Part shown: positions 21,670 through 35,339 of the stretch, in pieces
Position numbering within the stretch: position 1 is the stretch's first letter
Layout: every line of letters starts with the position of its first letter
Source of the DNA: Dimorphilus gyrociliatus
Taxonomy: Eukaryota > Animalia > Annelida
Direction of reading: 5' to 3'
Assembly: GCA_904063045.1 (NCBI GenBank)
Contig: CAJFCJ010000008.1
Coordinates: 682,001 to 746,000 of the forward strand
Length of the DNA: 64,000 nt
Notes under the pieces: generated by a model
The model's database searches: none
What the model saw: only the letters and a program-made list of their open reading frames with translations
Told to the model about the DNA's origin: nothing
Made by a program: the position numbers and the translations under genes

Positions 21670-23068
21670 CTAAAATTCGGGGTGACAAAATGGCCTACCT
21701 AAATGTAATGTTAGGTTATCATTTCTGAAAATAGGATGTCTTTTGTAATGCGACACAAGCTCATCCATACTTTCATAAGTCATTTCACCGATTTTAACGC
21801 TATCGTTTTCAAATCTCTTGATTAAGAAATGTTTCGTTTTCACCGGTGCTCGTAGTGTTAATGTATATTCTCCAGGCTGAAAAGAAAATATCACATTAGT
21901 AATATATTTTTAAATATTTTTTTTTGTTATTTGATAGTTCAGTAGGGCAATTAAGCTTTGGCTCAACATTTAATATCGAGCGTTTCTTTTACTGACAATC
22001 TATTCAAGAAACATTACACCTGTAGGGATCGTTTGCACTTAGGGAATAAATGATTGTACATTATCAATACAAATGCTATAAAATACCAACGTGATTTTCA
22101 GATTCCCTAACTATAAATTCTCCTTCGCTACCGTATTTTTCTAGCATTTGATCGCATTGACTTCTAGCGACTTTTCCATAATACCATTCTTTCCCGGCGT
22201 ATAATCCAGAAGCTTGTGCGCGAATGCCCCCAAACGATTGATTTAGAGTCGTATTATGAGTACTACTTGATGGTGTCCTTTCAATGCCACTATCTCCACT
22301 CGTTGCATTAGAAACGGATAAACACTGGACATAATTCTTTGGTATAAGTCCAACCTGGCCACGATTATTTCTGGCTTTCCACCAGTCCGGGTCTTTCTCT
22401 GGTTTATTTAATATATCTAACATTTCATCTTTATCAAAAGATAACTCTTCGCTTGATTGAGCTGAATAAGCATATAGAGTGAGAACCCGTTCAACGCAGC
22501 TGTCATCGTAAGAATTATCGGGCTCATCATCGGCAGTGTTGTAGCTGTCATCATCATATAAATAGTTAGATGGGAACCAGCCTAAGTGATTTGAACCGTC
22601 TCTTCTTCCCTTCCACCATCCATCTGAAGACTTATCAACAATCCATACTTTTTCACCTTTTTCAATTGCAAGTTCGTCCTCGTTCTTCGGTTCATAAGTA
22701 TATTTTACAATACGAAATTCAGTTGAATTTCGTGTTTCAGTCGTCGTATTGGAGGAATGTTGAGAAGCATCGCCGCGAGGAAGCGGTGGAACTTTTTCTT
22801 TCTTTTTCTGTCTTCTAAGACTTCCTTTCAATGTATCGAAGAGAGACGGTTTAACAACTTTTACATAATTCGACGGCACGTATCCCTCATCTCCATGTAA
22901 ATTTCTGACTCTCCACCAAGACTTTGAATTGTCCAAAAGGCACAATCTTTCTTTTTTGTTTAATGACAATTCCTTTGTTTCTTGAGCGACGTAGTCGTAC
23001 TTTGCCTCCACATACTGTTCTTTATCAGGGTTAGAATTGGGCGTATTTTCACATCGCATCATATGCAT
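21670..23068 (-). CDS. NCK: Nck/Dock adaptor (SH3-SH3-SH3-SH2). Exons ~23068-22091 and 21876-21670
   Basis: Three SH3 domains ([12 protein letters not shown]; WWKG; [14 protein letters not shown]) and an SH2 domain ([10 protein letters not shown]...FIVRESE|PGEYTLTL). Confidence 0.95.
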
Positions 23069-24230
23069 TCGTCTTTTCTGCAATAAATGAAAGCATTAAT
23101 CATAATTCTTCTTTCTTCATAAGCATTAATGAGTCAAAAATTTGTTAGCGTGGGTAGATGTTAGTTCTTTAACCATTTTCTCACCTGTCCATTAGACACC
23201 AAAATTTTACATTGATTTGACCATTTCCTGTCCTTTAAAAAATAAAATACTATTTCATTGCATCGTTAAATATCTTTTTATTTGAGATTTCTCTGACCGG
23301 ATAGCACTCAATATTTGTATTCTTACGCGGGAAAACAAAGAATACGCGAAATAGTTCGGACGGTTCTTTATAATTATCATTTTACATTTGACAAATTTAT
23401 TACTTTTAATGGCCTTACTATTTAATTCAGATTATTTTATACATAAATAATTGTGCATGCTTAAAGTATTCAAATTGTAATGTTTTATCTATGCTACATG
23501 CTGGTTTGCTGCACCGCTAAATCCTTTATTTCCGTTTCCTTAACTGCCAACTAAAAAAGTTGAACAGTCCACAAAACTATCTCTTCCTTTTTATATCAGT
23601 GTAAAGAAAATATATTTTAGTATTTTACATACTCTATCATTTCATGAATCCTTGTTAAATAAATGCAAACGGGTATAAAATTTCGAGGTATATTAATAAA
23701 TAACATTAACAAGTGAATCTTTTCTGTAATATCAAACTTCTAGACACATATTACTTCTTTACCTTGAAATTGAGAATATAAATAGGGATAACATTTATTA
23801 AAGAGTCATAAATTTGATTCCTAAGTAATAGTTAAAGTAACAGCTGTTTGAAAAATTAGTCTGATCCCACGCAAAAATATAATTCTTTTTTTGTCATTTT
23901 TTATTTTTCCATCGGCTTTTATTTTTTATCATTTCAAACCTATGATAATATGAAGAGGCTTTTTTCGTTCATTTTTAAAAAAATGCGTGACTGTCGTAAA
24001 AAAAAAGAGAACCATTTTCCTGTATCCCGACTGTGACGTCATTTCCCTTGTTCGCACTCTTCAAATGTGATTCTCGGCTCTATCTCACACCGAAAAACCC
24101 TTTTATAATAGAAATTTACGAGTTATTTAGTAACTGATATAATCTACAACTGTTACTTATTCACAGTAAGTTAATATAATCTAACGAAATGATCTTATTT
24201 TAATTATAAAATTACGCCTTAGAGCGCAAA

Positions 24231-24590
<360 letters not shown>

Positions 24591-25210
24591 AATACAAACT
24601 TGAGCTGGTTTTATTTAACGTGACCACGTTCGTGCTGACACATTCTAACTTCAACTATTGTCAATTTAGTTTTCACCAAACATCTTAGAAAACATACGAG
24701 GAGTACTCCAGAGTATACGTTTAATACACATTTTAATACTATAAATTCTAACTCATTGAAAAAAATCAAGTTTTTAAAAAATGTATATAAATAGGTGTAG
24801 CGGTCGCTGGATATGATATGCCGCAGTATAAGCACACATTTATATAATAAATGCAATATCTTAGATCATGCAGAATGCTTTACCGAGAGAAGGGATGAAC
24901 GTCGAAGTCGTGTTCAAAACAATCAATAAAAATGAAACATAACACCGAGAGAATACGTCATTTGGGCCGGTGCAAGGCATCAATGATGAAATAAGTTATT
25001 TAGCACCATTATTCAACACCGACATTATTTTGGTGTGTTGAGGAATGTTTTTTAAACAACGACAACAGTAAACTGCAGTTACGTAACAAAAAACAACAAA
25101 CTTTTCATCAATCAGACAACAAGTTACATAACTTCTTTTTAAATAAAGAGATTAATATAAATGTAATATGTATATTACACCATTTTCCTACAGGAGGCGT
25201 ATTTAATCGA

Positions 25211-27277
25211 CTAGTCTTTACTCTGAAAGAGATACAAATTGTTCGTCGCTGCTACAGCTATGATATTATCTTCTGGGTGCCATGCAGTATGCAAAATTTT
25301 CTTACTAAAGTCTAACGATTCCACATTTATTTCATCCTTTTTTCGTTTGTTTCCTGAAGCAACTTTTTTCGGTTTGAGAATACATCGGGCTTTCATATTG
25401 TCGCGAGATGCTTCGAGTGTCACATCCCGACGAGTTTCTCGATCAAACATTCGAAAGAAATTGTTGTACGAACCCGTCATAATATACCTATTGTAATTCC
25501 ATTGTAAATCATTTAAATTAAGTTGATCATTTTACTAACCTATCTTTTCCGCTCCATGCACATTCGAATTTATCGAAAATGCAGTCATTTTCGTACAGAG
25601 CACATAATTTTGTCCTGAGATACTCGTGGACTGAATAGGTTTCAACTGGTCGGGTGTCCATATTCAAATCCCAAACTTTTACAGAGAGATAATCTCGCGT
25701 CATCAGATAACGGCCATTATGAGAAAATTTTACATCAGATATTGAAGAAATGATTTCGCTAAAGAAGTTTCTGTTTGTAGGATCTTCAGGTTCTTCAAGA
25801 ACTGTGCCATGAATTGATCAGTAAATCTGTATGGAAGTTAATTTAAGCTTACGTTTTGCGTGTTGATCGCATAACGCTTGGGCCCTCATGTCGCATAATC
25901 GAATTGTTCCCTTACTGCTACTGTAAACAAATGTATGACAATGATTGGGGTGGAACTCGGCAGCTGTAATGACTTCGGTTAGTTCTTCCATATTGGCAGG
26001 TTTAATATCAACAATATCTGCAAAAGAATTATGTTATCATACATAGGTAACCCCTGTGATAAGAAAACCTACTAAAGCTCTGATCGGTAATCTCTAAATT
26101 CCACAAATTTATTCGCAAATCGTCAGCCGACATATATGTTTCTTGGTCACTATTAACTGAAATGGAATTTATATGGTACGTATGAGCGTTGGCGAAGATT
26201 CTTCTTGGTGACGCTTCGACATATAGTTCTTTTGGTCGTAGTTTTGGCACACTTAAACCACTTATACATGAAGGCTCCAATTCGCAGCCTTGTTCATCTT
26301 TTAAGTTAAATCCATGGTATTCCTTATCCTTTTCTCGGATTTTCCATAACTTTATGGTTTTGTCTGGGGAGAGAAATTTACGTTAGACTTAGGGACGTGA
26401 TTTCCTAAAGGTACCACATGCGGGGCCTAACATTAATTTTCCTGCTATCGTAAGTCGTACTTGCAAAATGAGCGAGGACGACTGTGTGTGCACAGGATTA
26501 GGTTTTCAAATTGAAAATTGGTATATTTGAACAGATACCGCTTCTCAATATTCACATTGTGCCAGTCTACTAGATACGATATATGAAAGTGCCTCCAATT
26601 AATTAAATAAGTATTTAGCGACTGTTTACTGGTTCAATTTTCTAACTTGTTTACACATTCGTATTGATCATGGCTAAGTAACATTCATGAAAGTACTCAA
26701 AAACTAGACATAGGCATGTTATTTATAGGAGTCTGGTAAGTCTGGCAGCGTCTAATTTAGTCAATAAAATTCTAAAAAAAACTTACCGTTTGTAGAGAGA
26801 AGAAAATGTGCAGGATTCGAACGATGTAACCATCGTATTTTATTTATTTTTTCCTCGATTTCTAAGCTCTTTAAGTAGTCGAATTCGGGTTCGTGACTTT
26901 GGAATGTACTATAGACGTTATACTCTCCGCGTCTCTGTCCACCTGGGGCAGAAATTTGGTCTCTTCGAAATATTACTACTCGTCCTCCCTTATCACCCGT
27001 TGCTAAGAGTTCACCGTCGTGGTTGAATTCAACGCAAGATATGATATCAGCTATATAAAAAAATGAGATGTCATTACCGGATATAGTTAAATGCATAAAA
27101 TTTTTCTTTCTTACCGTCGGTGACCTCTTCCTCGATTGTGCCTTTTACTTGTGAGAAGCACCACTGTAATTCTCCGTCACAACCTTTAAAAAAATGCAAT
27201 TATGTATTTTTTATTCAAAAACTTCGACCGGCAAACACCAACGAAAGTATCGAAGACGTGAAATACTTACTAGCCAT
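25211..27277 (-). CDS. PPP2R2A: PP2A regulatory subunit B55 (twins), WD40 protein, about 7 exons; the first coding exon is only 7 nt (27277-27271)
   Basis: [79 protein letters not shown]. Confidence 0.97.
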
Positions 27278-27413
27278 AATTTATACGTTATACAAGTGAT
27301 TTGAGTCAATAATAGAACTGATTTTATTTTGCGCACAAGAAATATGTCTTAATCCTGGCTAACGGCAGAGATAGATCGCGATTTTCCTATCGCTTCCTTC
27401 ACAGCCGAAATTC

Positions 27414-27478
27414 CAAGATGGCGAATGAAGGAAGACCTTGTATTAAATGACCGGTTTTATACCGGTTTAGACCGGTTT
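27414..27478. promoter_or_regulatory. B55 promoter: YY1 motif plus three tandem ACCGGTTT elements
   Basis: CAAGATGGCG at 27414-27423; ACCGGTTT at 27450, 27461 and 27471. Confidence 0.5.
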
Positions 27479-27865
27479 ATAGAAGGCGCCTCTTTTGTAA
27501 CGTTGCTCATCATTCGATAGCTTTTTTCGAAAGTAAGTTAAAAAAGCTATATAATTTTATCATTTTACCAATTTTTAAGAAAATTTGTTTTTTATCAATT
27601 AATATATTCTTTTTACTCACTTTTTACGTAATTTCCTAATTTTTTTCCAAAGCCACTTTTTACGATTTTCATGAAAAATCGTAATTTTAATGGAGTTAAA
27701 TAAATTTACAGCGTTTTAACAACAATTGAGCGAAAAAGGGCGCGCAAGCACAAACATTTAAGAAAATACGTAAATATATATATATATATATATATATATT
27801 GCTGAATCACAAATTAACTTATGTCCATGAATAATACAAAGCAATAATAAACACTATTATCTTCT

Positions 27866-30800
27866 CTATTGTGAAGAAACCGAAGCCAAAGCCTCCAAAA
27901 GTGCGGTTTTGTGAGCTACTTCAACCCGTTCCATACAGCTATTAAAGATATCTGTATTATTTGACTGCAGAAAATGAACGAGTTGTAAAAGCTTCTTCCG
28001 TGTCCCTTCTGATTCTTCACTACTCAGTAGTTTAACATAGAAAGAGTGGCCTATTGCTGATAAACAATGTGCCATTGCTTCAGGTGAAGTGAAAATTTTT
28101 GAATGTGCTTCACAAAGATATTCATAAATATGAACAGCTTCTTCTTCATCTTCCTGAACAGGTAGTCCTTGTAACCAGACAGGTAAAAATTGATCAATTT
28201 GTATCTGTTCTCCAAATGTTTTCATTATTTTCGTCAAGGCAGAAAGAATGTTATCTGTTGCAAGGTTATTTTCAACATCTCTTGCTTTCGGAGCCTGTAT
28301 CAAACCGGCAAGAGTAGGAAGAACTTGAATACAAACATCTTGGTAATGCAGGGCAGCACTTGAAGCCATTATTCCAACACCATAAGCAGCAGCTTGTCGA
28401 ATCTCTGGTCTCTCATCTCCTAAACCGTTCAATAATCTTTCCAAAAACATACTTCTGTAGCGAAGGGAGAGCTCTCCACTGTGTTCTATAATATCATCAA
28501 CCATACAAATACCCCATTGTCTATCAGTCCAGGATTTACCAGTGCTACCACCATTCAAAAGTCGATCGATCCTGGGTACGACTTGTTCAATGAAAGCAAG
28601 AGAATCTTCCCTTTGAGTTCCGACGTAAGAGTGGAATATATTACTTAGCTGTTCAAGCATGTGAATTCCCTCTTCTGCCTCTCTAAGTAAATCTTCTTCT
28701 ACCTCTGGATCATAGTCCTCAGTTTTTGACGCTCGTTTTGCTTCTATTTCCAAAGCATTTTTCATGTGGTTGTCTAATTCACTACATAGTATAGTACAAA
28801 GAGATTCTGTCTGTTCTTGATTAAGGCAGTTTTTGCCACATTTTTCAATACACTGAGCAAGAGAATGAAAAAACTCGCATTTTACATCTGTCTCTGGTTC
28901 TGATTCAACAGTTTTAAGAATCTCTGGGCACAGATATCTCCACATTTCCATCATAGCTTCCTCTCCTTTGACGTCTTTAGCACAATCTAATAATAGTGGC
29001 AGCGCTTCAGCAGCGTACATTCGAACTACTTCATGAAAGTAAAATCTAAGATGGCCAACTATTAATTTTACAATTTCTTCAAGGTAAGTTCCTAATTGAC
29101 CACCCAATTCTTTCAAGTATGAAACCAACATTTGGAAGGCATTAGCCTTGTCCTCCATTCCTGCAGTTTTTATTGCCAACTTCTGTTGTTCTCCCATGTT
29201 GACAACTTGCCAATCCTCTTGTGTCTCATATTGATCCAATTCATCTTGGTCAAGCAGAGCTACTTCAGGTTTGAGAGCAGCTGTCTTCAAGACTGGTGGC
29301 ATAACTAAAGGAAGGTACTTCGCGAAAGCATGACCCCCTATAATTTTAGCCATTCTTGCCCATGCTCCGATCAAATAAGGGAGCTGAGGATCATCATCTT
29401 CTAGAATCTGAGTTTGATTGGAAATTAATAGTAATTGCATAACTGTCTCAGCATCAGCCTGAAATTTTTCCCTCCCTACTGCTAATCCTGTGATCAAAAA
29501 GATATCTGCGTGTATTAGTGCAAGAAAATACAACATTGACCTACCTATGTAAGAAACGCATTCAATAGTTTTCCCTCTTAACAATCGAAAATCAGCCTCG
29601 GACGTATTTTCCTTTTTACCTCCTGTCTGTTCAATGATTTGGAGCAAACCAGGAACGAATCTGTTAAATGAAAAAGTTGAAAAAAAGTAATTTAATTTAT
29701 TTTAATAATACAAACTGGTCATAGTAAGGTATAAACTTTTCCTCTGCGCTTTCTGCTGCGCTGGCCAATGTCATAACGATTTGTTCTAAGACCATCTTAG
29801 AACCTGGAGCATAAACGTTTTGGGAGCAGTTAACGAGAATGCTATTCAAAGTCTGAAGGATAGGTTCTAAATATGGAACAACAGTTATCCTAGGTGCATC
29901 GTCGCAATAATTTATAAGAGCCGCTGCAGCATGACTCTGAACTTTGGGTATACTTTCTTGGGACAGTAGATTGAGTAAGGCTGGCATAATGATCTAAAGT
30001 TCATTATAAGATTAATTACTATAAATGCAAATAGCTGATTAAAATAACTCACTTGATGACAGGATTTTTGCAAAGTGGGACCAAAATCGGAGCACATTTG
30101 CCCAACAGCATTGCAAGCGGCATATCTAAAACCAAAAATGCTTGAAGAATATTAAAAAAAAAAACAAATTTATAATACCTGACTCTTGGGTGATTATCGT
30201 GTAAGAAGGGTAAGACAGCCGAAATTAAATCTGTTAAGCCGGACTCGAAATATGCCTTACATCCTTCGCCACAGGCTGAAAGAGCCATTAAACCAGCGTG
30301 TCTTGCCTGCCAGGAGTCTTCCTTACTCAGGAGTTCTTTAATTCCCGCCATAACAGTTGGAGCCATTGTTCGGGCCCCTAAAGCGACACAAAGTCTATCT
30401 AGAGAAGTTTCCGCAACGGTAGCATCGCTCTCTTCATCTTCGACTTCATCGGCAACATTCCATTCTTCGTCTTCATGTTCAATTTCAGTCATTTCAGAAA
30501 GTAATCTAATTTGAAATTGTGTTATTTGAAATTATTTAAAAAAAATTATTTACTTTTGAACAAGAGGTGGAATACTATCACCGCACAGCTTTCTCATGGA
30601 TGCAGCAGCAGATTCTGACATAGTAACAATCAATTCTAAAGCCAAGTGTTTGACAGTCGAAGTTTTATCGTTATCAGAAAGAAGATTAATACTAGCTCCA
30701 ATAAGTTGCTGAAAGCGAGGTCTAAAATACTTAGGACAAGCATCAGCTACTTCAACAACACTTTTCAGAATATTCAAGTCTTCATCTTTGGCAATATTTT

Positions 30801-31631
30801 CACTCAAAACATTTAATAGGGGGTCTAGGGTAAGGTTTCTCCAGGAATTAATGATGTTTTCATCGTCATCATTCGCAATCAAAAATTGACAAAGTGCTTT
30901 CGCAGCTGAAACTTTTACTGCATAATTATCCACAACCAAAGACTGCATAATCATTCTCTTAATCATATCAACATTTTCGTGTTGCAAAACACCAAATATT
31001 GATGGAACGTAGGATAAAATTATCATAGCCATTTCTTTTAAATTGCTATTTTCTGCATTACTACAATTAATTATAAATTGCAATACGTCGGGCCAGCCAT
31101 GTTTGTCATTATCCTCTTCCACTTCAACGGTGTTTCTAGCCACTTCTGCAATAAGGTCACATAATTTTTTTCTCACTAAATCATCTGCTACATTTAGGGA
31201 TGATTCCAAAATCTTGCTTCGAACGTTTTCAAGCAGTTCTGGGTTCAATTTCGAAATTTCTTCCCATTCTGATGCATAAATTCTGCGCATTAATACGGCT
31301 GCAAGACATCTTATGTCTATAGTACAGTTTTCGTCGGAGATTATTTGAAGAAGAAGTGTTAATCGTGTACCGACTTCTGTTTTTTCATATACTTCCTGAA
31401 AAAAGTTTGTAAATCTTAAAAATCATCCCTCGTGATGTGTCATTCGCCATGCGGTTTCAGGCGTGCAAGGCGAATCGTTTGGAAAATTGCCGATTGAAGA
31501 AATTTACCCAAGAAAAACTCTATTTAACTGAATGTATTAATTATTCTTACCTCAGCTTTTGTGCGATAGTCGTTGTCTGTGCTTAAAAGACTCGCTAAAA
31601 CTTCAAGAAACTGGTTTTGCATGTCCGCCAT
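27866..31631 (-). CDS. IPO5: Importin-5 / karyopherin beta-3 (HEAT repeats), about 6 exons
   Basis: MADMQNQFLEVLASLLSTDNDYRTKAE, RKKLCDLIAEVAR, AETSLDRLCVALG, HPRVRY, KTIECVSYIG, FYFHEVVR, ATDNILSALTKI. Confidence 0.95.
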
Positions 31632-32003
31632 TTTCAAAAAAAGGAAAATGCCGCAATTATGAAAAAAATTGTACAAAATTTAAATAGATAGTTTAAAATT
31701 TTTTTCTCTATATCTAACTTAAATAAATCAACAATATATTTTTTTGTACGAAACTCACTAACCGGAAGTGCATGTTTTTACGGAAGTTTGGTAAAATTTT
31801 GTAGAGCAGAAAAAATTGTTTGAAAACAATTGAAAGGTGATCATATTCTAAATTACTTCTCATATTTCTTAATTCACTCAGGTAAAATAGCTCTCTAATG
31901 GAAAAATTTCCATCACTTTAGTGTTTAATTTATATTTCTCATTATTGAAATGGAGTTTGATGTAGAATGAAGACCATTGATTTATCATATGTGCTACTTA
32001 GTT

Positions 32004-33026
32004 ATGTTCAAAAGAACAGTTTTTGGTCTTAAAAGGAAAATAATGCGTTTCATAATTTATCCTAGGATAGTTGATTTACGTCGTTTTTTTTTTTTTATGC
32101 TTTCAATCTGCATCGCAATTACATTGTTAATTCTTCTTATGGAAGATACTTTAAAGTCATTTTTTCGTATGGAATTACCTAATCCAGTTGAGTCAAATGG
32201 ATGCATGACAGCAATATATCCAAGTGACTCCCGCTTAGGCAATCTTATGTTTATCTATGCAACATTATTGGGAGTGGCTGAAAAACTAAATAAAACCCCT
32301 GTATTTGCTGAGGGGATGTTGTCGAACACTTTTAGTCTTACTGCTCCCCTGGGATATATTGATATTCGCTTGGGATCATCAGCGGAAGATTATACTGAGT
32401 TTGGAAGGAGGGCATGCGCGTATGATAGAGATGTTTTAAAGATCCAAGGAAGAAATATTAAACTGCACGGATATTGGCAGTCGTGGAAATACTTTAGTCA
32501 TATTGACCACAAGATCAGAAAAGAATATGTATTTAAAGAAGTGGTTACAAGTCTTGTTGACAAAACTATCAAAGATATTAAATCTTTGAATCCGAAGAAG
32601 CTTCTTATAGGAATTCATGTTCGACGAGCTGATATGATGCGAAAAGACAAATCTTCTTACGGGTATACTACTGCGCCAGCCTCTTACATAACAAAAGCAA
32701 TGGACTATATGGAGAGCAAGCATTCTAAAAATGTAATTTATATTATTGCTAGTGATGACTTACGATGGTGTCGAAGAAATATCGTTAAAAAATCCAAGAG
32801 GACTATAATTCTAACTCCATTCCGAAAGGTGGATTTAGACTTAGCAATTATATCAAAATGTGATCATGTCATCCTGACAGTGGGTTCTTATGGATGGTGG
32901 GCTGCATGGTTAGCGAACGGTACTACAATTTATTATTCTAAATGGCCTCGACCAAATAGTCAATTAGAATATCATGTTAATAAAGCAGACTATTTCCCAC
33001 CACATTGGGTTCCCATAGGAAATTAA
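32004..33026 (+). CDS. Alpha-1,2-fucosyltransferase (GT11, FUT1/FUT2-like), intronless type II membrane protein; exact start uncertain (31989/32004/32043)
   Basis: N-terminal TM segment, RLGNLMF, GYWQSWKYF, GIHVRRAD, SDDLRWC, GSYGWWAAWL. Confidence 0.9.
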   Translation: MFKRTVFGLKRKIMRFIIYPRIVDLRRFFFFMLSICIAITLLILLMEDTLKSFFRMELPNPVESNGCMTAIYPSDSRLGNLMFIYATLLGVAEKLNKTPVFAEGMLSNTFSLTAPLGYIDIRLGSSAEDYTEFGRRACAYDRDVLKIQGRNIKLHGYWQSWKYFSHIDHKIRKEYVFKEVVTSLVDKTIKDIKSLNPKKLLIGIHVRRADMMRKDKSSYGYTTAPASYITKAMDYMESKHSKNVIYIIASDDLRWCRRNIVKKSKRTIILTPFRKVDLDLAIISKCDHVILTVGSYGWWAAWLANGTTIYYSKWPRPNSQLEYHVNKADYFPPHWVPIGN

Positions 33027-33303
33027 AAAAACAAAAAACCTGATTGATTTCTGATCTTAATGCTCATTTGGTTAAAAATTGTTTTATATTAAAATTTATA
33101 CAATTATGTTTTTAAATGATTGATATATCGATCGCTTTATGTTTATATATTGAAATAAATAAAAGACAGAAAAAACGTGTCAATATATCCCCTAGAATTT
33201 TGAGTTTGTCAATAACATAACAGAAGCTGATGTTAATAATTTCGTCATATTATTTACAAAATATAGCTATTTATTTTAGTAAATATACATTTTTCATTTT
33301 AGA

Positions 33304-35121
33304 ATGCCAAAGAGAAAGCTAGATGAATCTAAAATATCTCCTCACATGACTTCTTTCGCTAAGTTTTCAACAGCCATTGAAAGAACAAGATTTACTGTTG
33401 CTAAAAGTATTTTAGACTTCAAATTTAACAAAGCACGAGTAAAAGTCGTCTCAAAAAGTCAAGATGTAAAAATTGGCGGTAACGATATTGTCTACTGGAT
33501 GTTTCGTGATCAAAGAATTCAAGGTATCATCTTGGGAATATTCGTTATAGATAATATTCTCTATAAATATATACTGTTATAATTTCAGATAATTGGGGGC
33601 TTTTGTATTCTCAGAGGTTAGCTTTAAAAGCCGAAAAGCCATTATCTATCTGCTTTTCATTAAATCCGACTTGCAAAGATGCCACTCTACGATCCTATAA
33701 TTTTATTTTGGATGGTCTTAAACAAATTGAAGCGGTAAGAACTTTGATAAATTATTGAATAATAGGAGTAAGATTGTGAAAATCCTGAATAGGAAGCTCA
33801 CGCCTTAAACATAAATTTTCACTTATTTCTTGGTGAACCGAAAAACACTCTACCAGAGTTTGTTAGAAAGAATAATGTATCGGCTATAGTTTGTGATTTT
33901 ATGCCACTTCGAAAATCACTTAAAAACGTTGACGAAGTGAGAAAAAACATACCAGATGATGTTCCGATATGCCAGATTGACAGTCATAATATTGTACCGA
34001 TTTGGACTACTTCTGATAAGCAAGAATATGCCGCTAGGACAATTAGACCAAAAATATGGCAGCATGTAATTAATTTTAAATATTTAAACTACTATATTCT
34101 TGTTTGATTTCGTTTATTTTAATTTTGTCTTAAAGATGGGGGAATTTTTTACGGAATTTCCACCAGTGATAGAGCATCCTTATGTTTGCGATAAAGAATT
34201 CAAAAATACCAATTGGAGTCAAATATATTCTAAAATAGATGTTGATGAGAATGTTAAACAAGTTGAATGGGCTAGGCCAGGAACAGAAAATGGTTTAAAC
34301 ATGCTCTATACATTCATTAGAGACAGACTCGAAAATTACTCCAATCTTAGGAATAATCCTAATGAATCTGTTCAAAGTAATCTAAGTCCTTGGTTCCATT
34401 TCGGGCAGATATCGGTTCAAAGAGCCATGCTTGAAGTCAATAAATACAAGTCAAATTATAAAGAATCTGTTGATGCTTTTTTAGAAGAAGGCATTGTTAG
34501 AAGAGAGTTGAGTGATAACTTTTGCTACTATCAGAAAAATTACGATAATATAGAAGGTTAAATTATAATATTTCATCTGGCATCTATAGATTTAATAGAT
34601 CATTAAACGAACAAAGGTGCAAGCGATTGGGCAAAAACAACCCTTCGAAAGCATGAAAAAGATGAGCGGAGTTATGTTTACTCTCTTAAGAAATTTGAAA
34701 GTGCTGAAACTCATGAAGATCTTTGGAATGCCGCTCAGGTATATCAAATATATTTCATTTAAACTTGCTTAAAAGAATAAATTGAAAACAGAAACAACTT
34801 GTATTAGAAGGCAAGCTGCATGGTTTCTTAAGAATGTATTGGGCTAAAAAAATTCTAGAATGGTCAGAAGATCCTTCGACAGCTTTAAGAATTGCTTTAT
34901 ATTTAAATGATAAGTACTCACTAGATGGTTTTGATCCCAATGGTTATACGGGTTGTATGTGGTCAATTTGTGGAATACATGATCAGGGATGGAAAGAGAG
35001 AGAAATTTTCGGAAAAATTCGATACATGAACTACGCTGGATGTAAAAGAAAGTTTGACGTACAAAGTTTTGTCGCTAAATATTATCCCAGTCAAGGTACA
35101 AAAATTGCAAAAAAAAAGTAA
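33304..35121 (+). CDS. phr: Class II CPD photolyase, multi-exon
   Basis: [11 protein letters not shown]|[71 protein letters not shown]; N-terminal PKRK NLS-like motif. Confidence 0.96.
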
Positions 35122-35339
35122 AATAAAACAGAAACGATATTGTAAAAACTCTATTGATTAGAAAATTTTGCATTATTCATTCAACTTTGTTTTAATAATA
35201 AAGCTGAAAAGGAATATGTTGAATTTGTCTAGTTTGAAATACAATTATAGTATAATATTCATTCAAATCACGCCATACTACTCCTCGCATCACATGACAG
35301 TCATATGATATTTTAACTCCCATTTCATTTGAAAATATC

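Noticed and set aside
15370-23068. Functional cluster of receptor + LST2 + Nck (endocytic signalling)
   Set aside because: Adjacency alone in a gene-dense genome is not evidence, and no conserved synteny can be assessed here.
34921-34945. Photolyase DGFDPNG instead of DGRDPNG
   Set aside because: To my knowledge this position varies among class II photolyases, and the neighbouring FAD-contacting Asn and Asp residues are intact.
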